The notes under the pieces are model-generated. The model saw nothing but the letters and a program-made list of their open reading frames with translations. It made no database searches and was not told the origin of the DNA. Both the position numbers and the translations under genes were made by a program. DNA of 63,561 nucleotides, the filler included, from Octopus bimaculoides (Eukaryota): assembly GCF_001194135.2 (NCBI RefSeq). It is 6 parts of 6 records of this genome, joined end to end, with 100 filler letters (N's around TTAATTAATTAA, not from the genome) between each part and the next. Parts side by side here need not be neighbours in the genome. Positions count along the whole stretch, not along the records: positions 1 to 15,266 come from NC_068991.1; positions 15,367 to 43,020 come from NC_068990.1; 4 more parts are not named here. One strand, given 5' to 3'. Each line of letters starts with the position of its first letter. Position 1 is the stretch's first letter. Of this stretch, positions 13,558 to 25,637 are shown piece by piece.

Positions 13558-14004
13558 AAGGTGGCAAGCTGTCAGAATCGTTAGCGTGCCGGGCAAAATG
13601 CTTAGCGGTATTTTGTCTGTCTTTACATTCTGAGTTCAAAATCTGTCAAGGTGGACTTTGCCTTTCATCCTTTTGGGGTCGATAAATTAAGTACCAGTTG
13701 TGTACTGACCCCCGCCCCACAAAATTAAGGCCTTGTGCCTATAGTAGAAAGTATTATTATTATTATCATTATTATTATTATTATTATTAAGGCAGTGAGT
13801 TGCAAGAAATGTTATCATGCCAATAAAATGCTTAGTGGCATTTCTTCTGATTTTATGTTCTGAGTTCAAATGCCACTGGGGTCAACTTTGCATTTCATCC
13901 TATTGGGATTAATAAAACAAGTACCAGTCAAGTACTAGGGTTGATCTGACTGACTTACACTCTATTCCAAAATTTCAGGTCATGTGCCTATAGTAGAAAG
14001 GAGG

Positions 14005-14060
<56 letters not shown>

Positions 14061-14155
14061 GGCAGTGAGCTGGCAGAATTGTTAGTGCACTGGATGAAAT
14101 GCTTAGCGGTATTTCGCCAATTGCTATGTTCTGAGTTCAAATTCTACCAAGGTCG
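13558..14155 (+). mobile_element. Three tandem tRNA-derived SINE copies (family A) separated by (ATT)n
   Basis: Each begins AAGG(T/C)(G/A)G..AG.TG.CAGAA with B-box-like TCTGAGTTCAAAT and body GGGGTCGAT..AAGTACCAG. Copies at about 13558-13751, 13789-13998 and 14058-14155. Confidence 0.85.
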
Positions 14156-14193
14156 AAAATAATGAAGAATTTAGTAAGAAAACTCATTATTGA

Positions 14194-14504
14194 CCCTTTT
14201 GATACTAACCTGTCTGAAAATGTCCTTGGTTCAATGATAATTCCCTGTTTTAAAGTGATCTAAAATAAAAAAAATTTCCATCAAAATTTCCTGTCAATTT
14301 ATGTTCCAAATGCCTGCATCAATAATGAGTTATTTTACTAAATTCTTTGTTGGTTTCAAAATTAATTGAAAGAAAAGTAAGATGGTCTTTGGAACATGAA
14401 TGAATATGAAAATCCTGATCAAAGGTTTAAATTTGAACACTTTAAAACAGAAAATTTGTATCAAAGAAACAGGGCTGGTCTCAGGTGGGTTGGTATAAAA
14501 AGGG
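14194..14504. mobile_element. piggyBac-like MITE
   Basis: TIRs CCCTTTTGATACTAACC and GGTTGGTATAAAAAGGG with degenerate TTAA flanks (TTGA/CTAA). A similar right end, GGTTGGTATCAAAAGGGTTAA, lies at about 47737-47757. Confidence 0.6.
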
Positions 14505-14559
14505 CTAAATAAGACAAAGACATATTGAGTAAATGTAGTCCTATATATCCATAAAAGTG

Positions 14560-14840
14560 TGTGTGTGGCAGAGGAGTCATGAGACTGGAGGCTTTGATCA
14601 TGAGGGCTGCTAAGTCAGGACTAACTAGGAGGTACACAACAATATGGTTATATTTATTTAGTCATAGGAACTCCTCTCTGTGGTGCCATAAGCTATATGA
14701 AGCTTTACTGCACTCTTGCCTCATATATATATATTGCACTTTATATTTGAGGCTCTGATGAAGCTATAGGATGTTATTCAGGTACTCAACTAAGAGTCCG
14801 CTGCATCCAATAGCAGAAACAGCTGTAAGCTAAAGTTCAT
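14560..14840 (+). mobile_element. Solo Penelope-like pLTR fragment carrying the 14751 hammerhead
   Basis: Inferred from the hammerhead with the same GAAACAGCTGTAAG ending as the 25.6-kb pLTR. No adjacent ORF. Confidence 0.5.
14751..14831 (+). ncRNA. Type I hammerhead ribozyme motif (Penelope pLTR type)
   Basis: GGCU-CUGAUGA-A-GCUAU(A)GGAUG...CAUCC(A)AUAGC-A-GAAA-CAGCU-GUA|AGCU. Core CUGAUGA and GAAA present, stem I GGCU/AGCU, long stem II, palindromic stem III ACAGCUGU. Predicted cleavage after A14827. Confidence 0.8.
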
Positions 14841-15114
14841 GACATAACCATTGTTTTTCCTGTGTCATCTCTTTTTCTTACAACTGCTCGTACATACAAA
14901 CATATATGTTCTTTTATTCTTTTACTTGTTTCAGTAATTTGACTGAGGCCATGCTGGAGCACCGCCTTTATACATACATACATACACACACACACATATG
15001 TAGACATCCTGTACCCAGCTATGCATCTATATATACATGCAGATGTATTATGTACATACATGTACGTATATATGCATACACTCACATATTATTTGTATAT
15101 ATTTATATATATAC

Positions 15115-15147
<33 letters not shown>

Positions 15148-15310
15148 AAGAGAGAGAAAGAGGGAGAGAGAGAGAAAGAGAGAGAGGGAGAGAGAGAGAG
15201 AGGGAGAGAGAGAGAGAGAGACATATGGTCTGAATTACTCTGACTTAACAGCCTTTCACAAAACATNNNNNNNNNNNNNNNNNNNNNNNNNNNNNNNNNN
15301 NNNNNNNNNN

Positions 15311-15322
15311 TTAATTAATTAA
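15311..15322. other. Artificial scaffolding linker TTAATTAATTAA inside an N-gap (also 43066, 45680, 54514, 57937)
   Basis: Identical 12-mer with stops in all six frames, centred in gaps of about 100 N, five times. Confidence 0.95.
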
Positions 15323-15466
15323 NNNNNNNNNNNNNNNNNNNNNNNNNNNNNNNNNNNNNNNNNNNNTATATATATATATATAATATATGTCAATACGTGT
15401 GTGTGTGTGTTTGTGTGTGTATACATATATATATATATGTGTGTGTGTGTGTATATACATATACAC

Positions 15467-15499
<33 letters not shown>

Positions 15500-16119
15500 C
15501 ATGTACGTATATATATTATATCAACTATAGGACTGCAGTCGTGGTGGAGTACTACATTTTAGAGTTTATTCCAGAGGTACTCGCCACCATTTTTCAAGTA
15601 TAGATGTCTTTGATTCTTACTTTATTGTACAGATCCCCCCAGTTGAATTTTTAAAAATCGCATTACTTTTTTATAGCTAAATATTACGATTTTTATCAAA
15701 AAAATAATTGTTAAAATATTTTGCTGAAGTAGAGCCAATTGATTGCACATGAATTTAAGCAACAAAATCCTATGTGGACCCCCAAATGATAATACGGGCC
15801 CCGGTTGAGAACCACAATGTTCAATCGAACAAATCGATAAGAGTTTTCTCTATATTTTTCAATATGTAACATATTCTATCGGTAGTTTTGCCGAACCGCT
15901 ACGTGATGGGGGTCATAAACACTGGTTGTCTGTCTGTGGTGGTGGCACAAACGCAAACATAAACTAAAACACACACAAAAAAAACGCACGCGTGCACACA
16001 CACGCATGCATGCACGCTCGCCCGCACGCACGCACATACACACATTTTGTGTATATATACATATACGTGAGTGTGTATATATAGAAAGAGCGAGAGAGCT
16101 AGCTAGCTAGCTAGCTAGC

Positions 16120-16181
<62 letters not shown>

Positions 16182-16807
16182 TGTAGGTGTACATAGATGT
16201 ATAAGTAGATATATAGATATATTACATATACATGTTTGTGTGTGCGTGTGTGCGTAGACGAAGGCGTGGCTGTGGGGTAAGAAGTTTCTAAGTCTTTTAC
16301 TATAGCCTCAGACCAACCCAAAACTTGTGAGTGGATTTGGTGGACGGAAACTGAAAGAAGCCCGCCTGATATATATATACATATATGTGTGTGTGCATGT
16401 GTGTGTGTGTGTGTGTGTGTGTGTGAGTGTGTGTGTGTGTGTTCTGTGTATGTGTTAGCGTTTGTGCCACGGCTATGAACTGACAACCGATGTTTATGTT
16501 CACATAACATTGCAGTTCGACAAAAGAATTGATAGAATATGTTTGAGATGAAGAACAGAAAAAAAAACCCCAGAAAAAAACAGTTGAAGATCGGGTCCAT
16601 TTGCTCGACTGAATCCTTAAAGGCGATGAGCCAAAGTTTGTTGCTCCCCGATGGCTGAAACATATACCAAATAAAAGACATAGGTACATAACGTACATAC
16701 ATACATACATACATACGTACATACATGCATACAAACATACGAATGAGACTGTGTTTGTGTGTATATATATATGCATATATCTGTACATATACACACACGC
16801 ACACACA

Positions 16808-16839
<32 letters not shown>

Positions 16840-16842
<3 letters not shown>

Positions 16843-16939
16843 GGTGAGCCAAAAGTAGGTGGACAGTAAATAAACACAAAAAACATAGTTGCAGCATAGT
16901 TAAGTTATAATAAACAATTGCATTAATATAACTCATACA
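16840..16939 (+). mobile_element. Tc1/mariner-like left end running into a gap
   Basis: (TA)n followed by CAGGGTGAGCCAAAAGTAGGTGGACAG, a TA-CAGGGTG start typical of Tc1-type TIRs. The other end is not visible. Confidence 0.45.
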
Positions 16940-17796
16940 NNNNNNNNNNNNNNNNNNNNNNNNNNNNNNNNNNNNNNNNNNNNNNNNNNNNNNNNNNNNN
17001 NNNNNNNNNNNNNNNNNNNNNNNNNNNNNNNNNNNNNNNNNNNNNNNNNNNNNNNNNNNNNNNNNNNNNNNNNNNNNNNNNNNNNNNNNNNNNNNNNNNN
17101 NNNNNNNNNNNNNNNNNNNNNNNNNNNNNNNNNNNNNNNNNNNNNNNNNNNNNNNNNNNNNNNNNNNNNNNNNNNNNNNNNNNNNNNNNNNNNNNNNNNN
17201 NNNNNNNNNNNNNNNNNNNNNNNNNNNNNNNNNNNNNNNNNNNNNNNNNNNNNNNNNNNNNNNNNNNNNNNNNNNNNNNNNNNNNNNNNNNNNNNNNNNN
17301 NNNNNNNNNNNNNNNNNNNNNNNNNNNNNNNNNNNNNNNNNNNNNNNNNNNNNNNNNNNNNNNNNNNNNNNNNNNNNNNNNNNNNNNNNNNNNNNNNNNN
17401 NNNNNNNNNNNNNNNNNNNNNNNNNNNNNNNNNNNNNNNNNNNNNNNNNNNNNNNNNNNNNNNNNNNNNNNNNNNNNNNNNNNNNNNNNNNNNNNNNNNN
17501 NNNNNNNNNNNNNNNNNNNNNNNNNNNNNNNNNNNNNNNNNNNNNNNNNNNNNNNNNNNNNNNNNNNNNNNNNNNNNNNNNNNNNNNNNNNNNNNNNNNN
17601 NNNNNNNNNNNNNNNNNNNNNNNNNNNNNNNNNNNNNNNNNNNNNNNNNNNNNNNNNATATATACAGTAATCCATCGAACATCGCGTGTGTTACGTTCCA
17701 AAATTTCTTTGTATTATTTTCATAACTTATATTTATTCATTTTATTATAAATGCAAAACAACACCACGGATGAATCGACGTAAGCTTAAATAATAA

Positions 17797-17875
17797 AACG
17801 CGATAGGTGAACCGCGATAGGTGAACCGCGATAGGTGAACCGCGATAGGTGAACCGCGATAGGTGAACCGCGATA
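17797..17875. repeat. 14-bp CpG-rich tandem repeat ACCGCGATAGGTGA, about 5.5 copies
   Basis: Four perfect units at 17811-17866 plus partial flanking units. Confidence 0.95.
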
Positions 17876-17904
17876 TGGCGAGCGATTACTGTATATACAA
17901 AGGC

Positions 17905-18286
17905 GCTGGCGCGGCTTTGTGGTATGAAGCATGCTTTCCATCCACATGGTTCCGGATTCAGGCACCTTGGGCAAGTGTCTTCTGCTATTACCTAGGGGTG
18001 GCCAATGCTTTGTGAGTGGATTTGGTACACGGAAACTGAAATGCGTGTGTGTTTAAGTGTATATGTATCTTGATGTCAGTGTTTGCCCCGCCACCACCAC
18101 CACCACTTAATAACTGCTTTCCTGTGTCTATGTCCCCGTAACCTTGCGGTTCGGCAAAGAGTCCAATATAATATGTACTGGACTAAGATAAAGAGAACAA
18201 AAATGTACTGGAGTCAATTCATTCGACTGGGTGATGCCTCCAGCATGACCGTAGGCTAATGGCTGAAACAAGTAAAAAATAAAAGA

Positions 18287-18334
<48 letters not shown>

Positions 18335-18501
18335 CGTGCGTGCTTGTGTGTGTATTTATATATATTTATACATAGGCGCAGGTGTGGCTGTGTGGTATGT
18401 AGCTTGCTTACCAACCACATGGTTCCGGGTTCAGTCCCACTGCGTGGCACCTGGGGCAAGTATCTTCTATCATAGCCTACCAAAGCCTACTGAGTGGATT
18501 T
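17905..18501 (+). mobile_element. Two consecutive family-B SINEs
   Basis: Heads at about 17905 and 18374; the second runs into a gap. Confidence 0.8.
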
Positions 18502-19165
18502 NNNNNNNNNNNNNNNNNNNNNNNNNNNNNNNNNNNNNNNNNNNNNNNNNNNNNNNNNNNNNNNNNNNNNNNNNNNNNNNNNNNNNNNNNNNNNNNNNNN
18601 NNNNNNNNNNNNNNNNNNNNNNNNNNNNNNNNNNNNNNNNNNNNNNNNNNNNNNNNNNNNNNNNNNNNNNNNNNNNNNNNNNNNNNNNNNNNNNNNNNNN
18701 NNNNNNNNNNNNNNNNNNNNNNNNNNNNNNNNNNNNNNNNNNNNNNNNNNNNNNNNNNNNNNNNNNNNNNNNNNNNNNNNNNNNNNNNNNNNNNNNNNNN
18801 NNNNNNNNNNNNNNNNNNNNNNNNNNNNNNNNNNNNNNNNNNNNNNNNNNNNNNNNNNNNNNNNNNNNNNNNNNNNNNNNNNNNNNNNNNNNNNNNNNNN
18901 NNNNNNNNNNNNNNNNNNNNNNNNNNNNNNNNNNNNNNNNNNNNNNNNNNNNNNNNNNNNNNNNNNNNNNNNNNNNNNNNNNNNNNNNNNNNNNNNNNNN
19001 NNNNNNNNNNNNNNNNNNNNNNNNNNNNNNNNNNNNNNNNNNNNNNNNNNNNNNNNNNNNNNNNNNNNNNNNNNNNNNNNNNNNNNNNNNNNNNNNNNNN
19101 NNNNNNNNNNNNNNNNNNNNNNNNNNNNNNNNNNNNNNNNNNNNNNNNNNNNNNNNNNNNNNNNN

Positions 19166-19196
<31 letters not shown>

Positions 19197-19523
19197 ATTA
19201 ATATTATTGCTATTATTATTATTACCATTATTATTACCATTATTATTATTATTATTATTATTATTAGATATGATTCCTTCAGTTTTGTCTCCGCAGGAGC
19301 TTATCAAGTTTCCATGGCCATAAATAGACCGGAGCAATATGAAGTTCGTTACTCAAGGCCTCAATGCGTAACCTGGATCGTCGCGAATCGAACGCAAGAT
19401 ATTACTATTATGAATTCACCACCTTGTTCACTAGCTTATGTGCTACAGAACTCGAAGGAATATGTTCACAGCTAAAAACTAAAAGCAGATAGATATTATT
19501 TCAACTTGCATATATACGCATTA

Positions 19524-19875
19524 TAGGCTCAGATGTGGTTATATGGTAAGAAGCTTGCCTCCCAACCACATGGTTTCGGGTTCTGTCCCACTGCGTGACG
19601 CCTTGGGCAAGTTTCTTCTTCGATAATTTTGGGCTGACCAAACGCTTGTGAATGAATTTGGTACACGAAAATTGAAAGAAACACGTGGCGTGTGTGTGTG
19701 TGTGTATGTGTGTGTGCTTAAGTGTTTGTCCCTCACTGTCACTCGACAAATGGTGTTGGTGTGTTTACGTCCACATAACCTAGCAGTTCGGCAAGGTGAC
19801 TGATAGAATAAGTACTAGACTTAAGGAAAAAGAAAGAAAAATAAGTACTGGGATCGACTCATTCGACTAAAAATT
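19524..19875 (+). mobile_element. tRNA-head SINE with CORE-like box (family B)
   Basis: GGTAAGAAGCTTGCCTCCCAACCACATGGTTTCGGGTTC.GTCCCACTGCGTGACGCCTTGGGCAAG, internal (GT)n, tail GTTCGGCAA..GATAGAATAAGTACT. Confidence 0.85.
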
Positions 19876-20036
19876 CTATAAAGCTGAGCTATAAAATACG
19901 TTACTCAAGGCCTCAATGCGCAACCTGAGTCGTCGCAAATTGAACGCAAGACGTAACGCTTATTCACTGAGTTATGTGCTACAGAACTCCAAGAAATATG
20001 CCTGAAGGCAAAACACTAATTGCAGATATCATGTCA

Positions 20037-20114
<78 letters not shown>

Positions 20115-21532
20115 NNNNNNNNNNNNNNNNNNNNNNNNNNNNNNNNNNNNNNNNNNNNNNNNNNNNNNNNNNNNNNNNNNNNNNNNNNNNNNNNNNNNNN
20201 NNNNNNNNNNNNNNNNNNNNNNNNNNNNNNNNNNNNNNNNNNNNNNNNNNNNNNNNNNNNNNNNNNNNNNNNNNNNNNNNNNNNNNNNNNNNNNNNNNNN
20301 NNNNNNNNNNNNNNNNNNNNNNNNNNNNNNNNNNNNNNNNNNNNNNNNNNNNNNNNNNNNNNNNNNNNNNNNNNNNNNNNNNNNNNNNNNNNNNNNNNNN
20401 NNNNNNNNNNNNNNNNNNNNNNNNNNNNNNNNNNNNNNNNNNNNNNNNNNNNNNNNNNNNNNNNNNNNNNNNNNNNNNNNNNNNNNNNNNNNNNNNNNNN
20501 NNNNNNNNNNNNNNNNNNNNNNNNNNNNNNNNNNNNNNNNNNNNNNNNNNNNNNNNNNNNNNNNNNNNNNNNNNNNNNNNNNNNNNNNNNNNNNNNNNNN
20601 NNNNNNNNNNNNNNNNNNNNNNNNNNNNNNNNNNNNNNNNNNNNNNNNNNNNNNNNNNNNNNNNNNNNNNNNNNNNNNNNNNNNNNNNNNNNNNNNNNNN
20701 NNNNNNNNNNNNNNNNNNNNNNNNNNNNNNNNNNNNNNNNNNNNNNNNNNNNNNNNNNNNNNNNNNNNNNNNNNNNNNNNNNNNNNNNNNNNNNNNNNNN
20801 NNNNNNNNNNNNNNNNNNNNNNNNNNNNNNNNNNNNNNNNNNNNNNNNNNNNNNNNNNNNNNNNNNNNNNNNNNNNNNNNNNNNNNNNNNNNNNNNNNNN
20901 NNNNNNNNNNNNNNNNNNNNNNNNNNNNNNNNNNNNNNNNNNNNNNNNNNNNNNNNNNNNNNNNNNNNNNNNNNNNNNNNNNNNNNNNNNNNNNNNNNNN
21001 NNNNNNNNNNNNNNNNNNNNNNNNNNNNNNNNNNNNNNNNNNNNNNNNNNNNNNNNNNNNNNNNNNNNNNNNNNNNNNNNNNNNNNNNNNNNNNNNNNNN
21101 NNACACACACACGTTTTATGTTGATCGAATAAAAACAACGCTAATACTCGCACACACGCACACAAACACTCCGCACACACGCCCACATACGCACGCATAC
21201 ATTTGATAGCGACCACTGCTACACGCACATACTACATGTTATACAGTGGCAAAGAAGCACACGCTTTAGCCGATCGTTTTTGTATATGTATAATTATGTG
21301 TGTCTAATTATATGCACATGTGATCGTGTCATCACCTCCCTCCACGTATGTGTCTGTGTGCCCGTCGTCATCCGCTGTCTGATGATAGTCTTAACAACCA
21401 GTCTATAACGTCAGTCTACATTTTCTGTACATATTCTTCTTGCTTTCTTTCAGTCAGTTCCGTATCGTACCCACCACCAACATCCCTTCTTTTTCCCGCT
21501 CCTCTCTCTCTCTCTATATATATATATACATA

Positions 21533-21591
<59 letters not shown>

Positions 21592-22584
21592 GTCTGTCTC
21601 TCTCTCCTTCTCTCTCTTTCTCTGTAAAACACTCTTATCGTCGCAAGACAAACTTCTCAGGCCTTCATTGTACATGTGTCACAGTTACTNNNNNNNNNNN
21701 NNNNNNNNNNNNNNNNNNNNNNNNNNNNNNNNNNNNNNNNNNNNNNNNNNNNNNNNNNNNNNNNNNNNNNNNNNNNNNNNNNNNNNNNNNNNNNNNNNNN
21801 NNNNNNNNNNNNNNNNNNNNNNNNNNNNNNNNNNNNNNNNNNNNNNNNNNNNNNNNNNNNNNNNNNNNNNNNNNNNNNNNNNNNNNNNNNNNNNNNNNNN
21901 NNNNNNNNNNNNNNNNNNNNNNNNNNNNNNNNNNNNNNNNNNNNNNNNNNNNNNNNNNNNNNNNNNNNNNNNNNNNNNNNNNNNNNNNNNNNNNNNNNNN
22001 NNNNNNNNNNNNNNNNNNNNNNNNNNNNNNNNNNNNNNNNNNNNNNNNNNNNNNNNNNNNNNNNNNNNNNNNNNNNNNNNNNNNNNNNNNNNNNNNNNNN
22101 NNNNNNNNNNNNNNNNNNNNNNNNNNNNNNNNNNNNNNNNNNNNNNNNNNNNNNNNNNNNNNNNNNNNNNNNNNNNNNNNNNNNNNNNNNNNNNNNNNNN
22201 NNNNNNNNNNNNNNNNNNNNNNNNNNNNNNNNNNNNNNNNNNNNNNNNNNNNNNNNNNNNNNNNNNNNNNNNNNNNNNNNNNNNNNNNNNNNNNNNNNNN
22301 NNNNNNNNNNNNNNNNNNNNNNNNNNNNNNNNNNNNNNNNNNNNNNNNNNNNNNNNNNNNNNNNNNNNNNNNNNNNNNNNNNNNNNNNNNNNNNNNNNNN
22401 NNNNNNNNNNNNNNNNNNNNNNNNNNNNNNNNNNNNNNNNNNNNNNNNNNNNNNNNNNNNNNNNNNNNNNNNNNNNNNNNNNNNNNNNNNNNNNNNNNNN
22501 NNNNNNNNNNNNNNNNNNNNNNNNNNNNNNNNNNNNNNNNNNNNNNNNNNNNNNNNNNNNNNNNNNNNNNNNNNNNNNNNNNNN

Positions 22585-22673
<89 letters not shown>

Positions 22674-23600
22674 TAGCAAAGAGAATTCCATAGGAAATAA
22701 ATTTTTGATCTATTTAAATTACCCCGACCTGCAGTGACGATAGAACAAACATTGAGTAGTTTTTGCGATTAACTCCAAACGAGAAATGGAGAAAATTTCC
22801 AGAATTAAGAACCTTCAAAACTGACATGCCGTTAAAAAAAAAAGACGTTCTGATTGACTGGAGAAAAAGGACAGTAGTGGATGTATGCTACTGTTTCAGC
22901 CAATGCAATCCCCACAGAAATTTCCTTACTTTATTGTCTGCATAACAAAAGAAGAGAAAGCATTTTGGCCTAGTTAATGCGCGCCCGCATGTGTACTATC
23001 TAGGCATATGCGCGGTGAACAGTGATAATTAAAATAATGTTATGCGAAGCCATTCTTAGTACGTTATCGCATATCGGAATTTTTATGCGCTACTTGCTGT
23101 AGTTTCATCAAAGGCGAACAACTTTTTCTTTAAGACGAATGTGTGTTGATAACATACTCGATTCATTAGCGTAAGGGCACTCTATGACACCCAGTGTTTC
23201 GACATTGTTGTGACATATCAGTGATAAGTATCCTGGACTAGCGATCATCATGAAAAGAAAACCTGTGGATAATGTAATTCGGAATAAGAAATTTCTGAGA
23301 ATAGAACATTAACGAATATAGATGAAATGCCTTTTTTTTTATGGTTTTGTTGCATCAGGGAGTTACTCAGGAATACCTTAAATAGATATGTATGGATTGT
23401 TTGAAGTGCTGTACAGATTTTATATTTCAAGTAAAAAGTGGTCATCAGAATTTTGGAAATTATTTATTTAGCAGTTTCATCTCGTTTCGGAGAATCATCA
23501 GATATGATTTTTCTAAAATTAATAAACGACGGAATTATAAACGCGATGAAACTAGATATCATTATACAACTGTGGACACCTTTGAAAAAAATCAAAATCA

Positions 23601-23711
23601 TGGTTCCGGATTCAGTCCCACTGCGTGGCTCTGTGGGCAAATGTCTTCTACTATAAAGACGAATAAAGCCTTGTGATGAGATTTGGTAGACGGAAACTGA
23701 ATCTCGTCGTG

Positions 23712-23765
<54 letters not shown>

Positions 23766-23998
23766 TGTATGTGTATGTATCTGTGTGTATGTGTCTTTGT
23801 GTCTGTTTTTCCCCATCACCGCTTGACGACCGCTCTCGGTGTGTTTACGTCCCTGTAACTTAGCAGTTCGGCAAAGAGACCGATAGAATAAGTATTAGGC
23901 TTAAGAAATAGGTCCTGGGGTAAATTTGATCGACTTAAACCCTTCAAGTCAGTGTTGCAGCATGACTGCAGTCAAACGACTGAAACAGGTAAAAGAAT
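23601..23998 (+). mobile_element. Family-B SINE (5' truncated)
   Basis: TGGTTCCGGATTCAGTCCCACTGCGTGGC...(GT)n...GCAGTCAAACGACTGAAACAGGTAAAAGAATAA. Confidence 0.85.
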
Positions 23999-24016
23999 AA
24001 AAGTATAAAAGAATAA

Positions 24017-24245
24017 AATACTGTTTCATTTATTAATACACATAATCCAGGAGTAACCAACATTTTCCACACTATAAATACAAATCTGCCAATACTTTTA
24101 CAAAGCCCCAAAGTGAAATATATGGTTGATAAAACAGAAAACGTCAACCAAAATTCATTAAAAAGCATCTCACGGGGTGCCAATTTCACATCAGGGGTTA
24201 ATTCAGAATTCTCCGTGAAGAACAGAGGAGATAACGGATCTGCTG
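24017..24245 (+). mobile_element. Second Penelope-like fragment (RT-EN linker)
   Basis: Frame reads TVSFINTHNPGVTNIFHTINTNLPILLQSPKVK...NSLKSISRGANF, homologous to the linker at about 26500-26680 but diverged and in the opposite orientation. Confidence 0.65.
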
Positions 24246-25420
24246 GTCGAGGTGAGAGGGATAACTCCCTTGGCAAACAGGACACAGTCGTGTGTCGATA
24301 AGCCAGCTGGAGGAGATGTCCTCCTGGGGCTAAAAGCAACAGTAACATCCACCCCTAGGGGTCAGCCACACTTAAGTGGCAATATACTACACTTTATCGT
24401 GCAGTTACTGTTAATANNNNNNNNNNNNNNNNNNNNNNNNNNNNNNNNNNNNNNNNNNNNNNNNNNNNNNNNNNNNNNNNNNNNNNNNNNNNNNNNNNNN
24501 NNNNNNNNNNNNNNNNNNNNNNNNNNNNNNNNNNNNNNNNNNNNNNNNNNNNNNNNNNNNNNNNNNNNNNNNNNNNNNNNNNNNNNNNNNNNNNNNNNNN
24601 NNNNNNNNNNNNNNNNNNNNNNNNNNNNNNNNNNNNNNNNNNNNNNNNNNNNNNNNNNNNNNNNNNNNNNNNNNNNNNNNNNNNNNNNNNNNNNNNNNNN
24701 NNNNNNNNNNNNNNNNNNNNNNNNNNNNNNNNNNNNNNNNNNNNNNNNNNNNNNNNNNNNNNNNNNNNNNNNNNNNNNNNNNNNNNNNNNNNNNNNNNNN
24801 NNNNNNNNNNNNNNNNNNNNNNNNNNNNNNNNNNNNNNNNNNNNNNNNNNNNNNNNNNNNNNNNNNNNNNNNNNNNNNNNNNNNNNNNNNNNNNNNNNNN
24901 NNNNNNNNNNNNNNNNNNNNNNNNNNNNNNNNNNNNNNNNNNNNNNNNNNNNNNNNNNNNNNNNNNNNNNNNNNNNNNNNNNNNNNNNNNNNNNNNNNNN
25001 NNNNNNNNNNNNNNNNNNNNNNNNNNNNNNNNNNNNNNNNNNNNNNNNNNNNNNNNNNNNNNNNNNNNNNNNNNNNNNNNNNNNNNNNNNNNNNNNNNNN
25101 NNNNNNNNNNNNNNNNNNNNNNNNNNNNNNNNNNNNNNNNNNNNNNNNNNNNNNNNNNNNNNNNNNNNNNNNNNNNNNNNNNNNNNNNNNNNNNNNNNNN
25201 NNNNNNNNNNNNNNNNNNNNNNNNNNNNNNNNNNNNNNNNNNNNNNNNNNNNNNNNNNNNNNNNNNNNNNNNNNNNNNNNNNNNNNNNNNNNNNNNNNNN
25301 NNNNNNNNNNNNNNNNNNNNNNNNNNNNNNNNNNNNNATTAGCGTGTGTATATGTAAATATATAAAAATAAAAAGATAGAGAGAGCAATGGTAAGGTTGG
25401 AGAAGTATTTTATGCATAGA

Positions 25421-25469
25421 GTCTTACAGCTGTTTCTGGGAAGATCCAGTACTTCCCTTCATCGGAGAC
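25421..25469 (-). ncRNA. Minimal type I hammerhead ribozyme motif, inverted twin of 25638-25686
   Basis: Reverse complement reads GUCU-CCGAUGA-A-GGGAA-GUACUGGAUC-UUCCC-A-GAAA-CAGCU-GUA-AGAC, with one loop substitution versus the + copy. Confidence 0.7.
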
Positions 25470-25637
25470 AGAAAAAATAAAGTAATCTATTATTATATCC
25501 ATAGGCGGAATGAAACTACTGGAATGAAACTACACTTCAAGTACTGTTCTCTCTCTTTTCAGCGCATCACACTCTTTACCACTTCATACTAAAAATATCC
25601 GCCTATGGATATAATAATAGATTACTTTATTTTTTCT

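Noticed and set aside
13022-14155. R4/Dong LINE as the mobilising partner of family-A SINEs
   Set aside because: Both have TAA/ATT-type tails, but I see no shared 3' end sequence between the SINE and the LINE relic.
3751-17875. Regular short repeats as possible CRISPR arrays
   Set aside because: No unique spacers, eukaryotic context, no cas genes.
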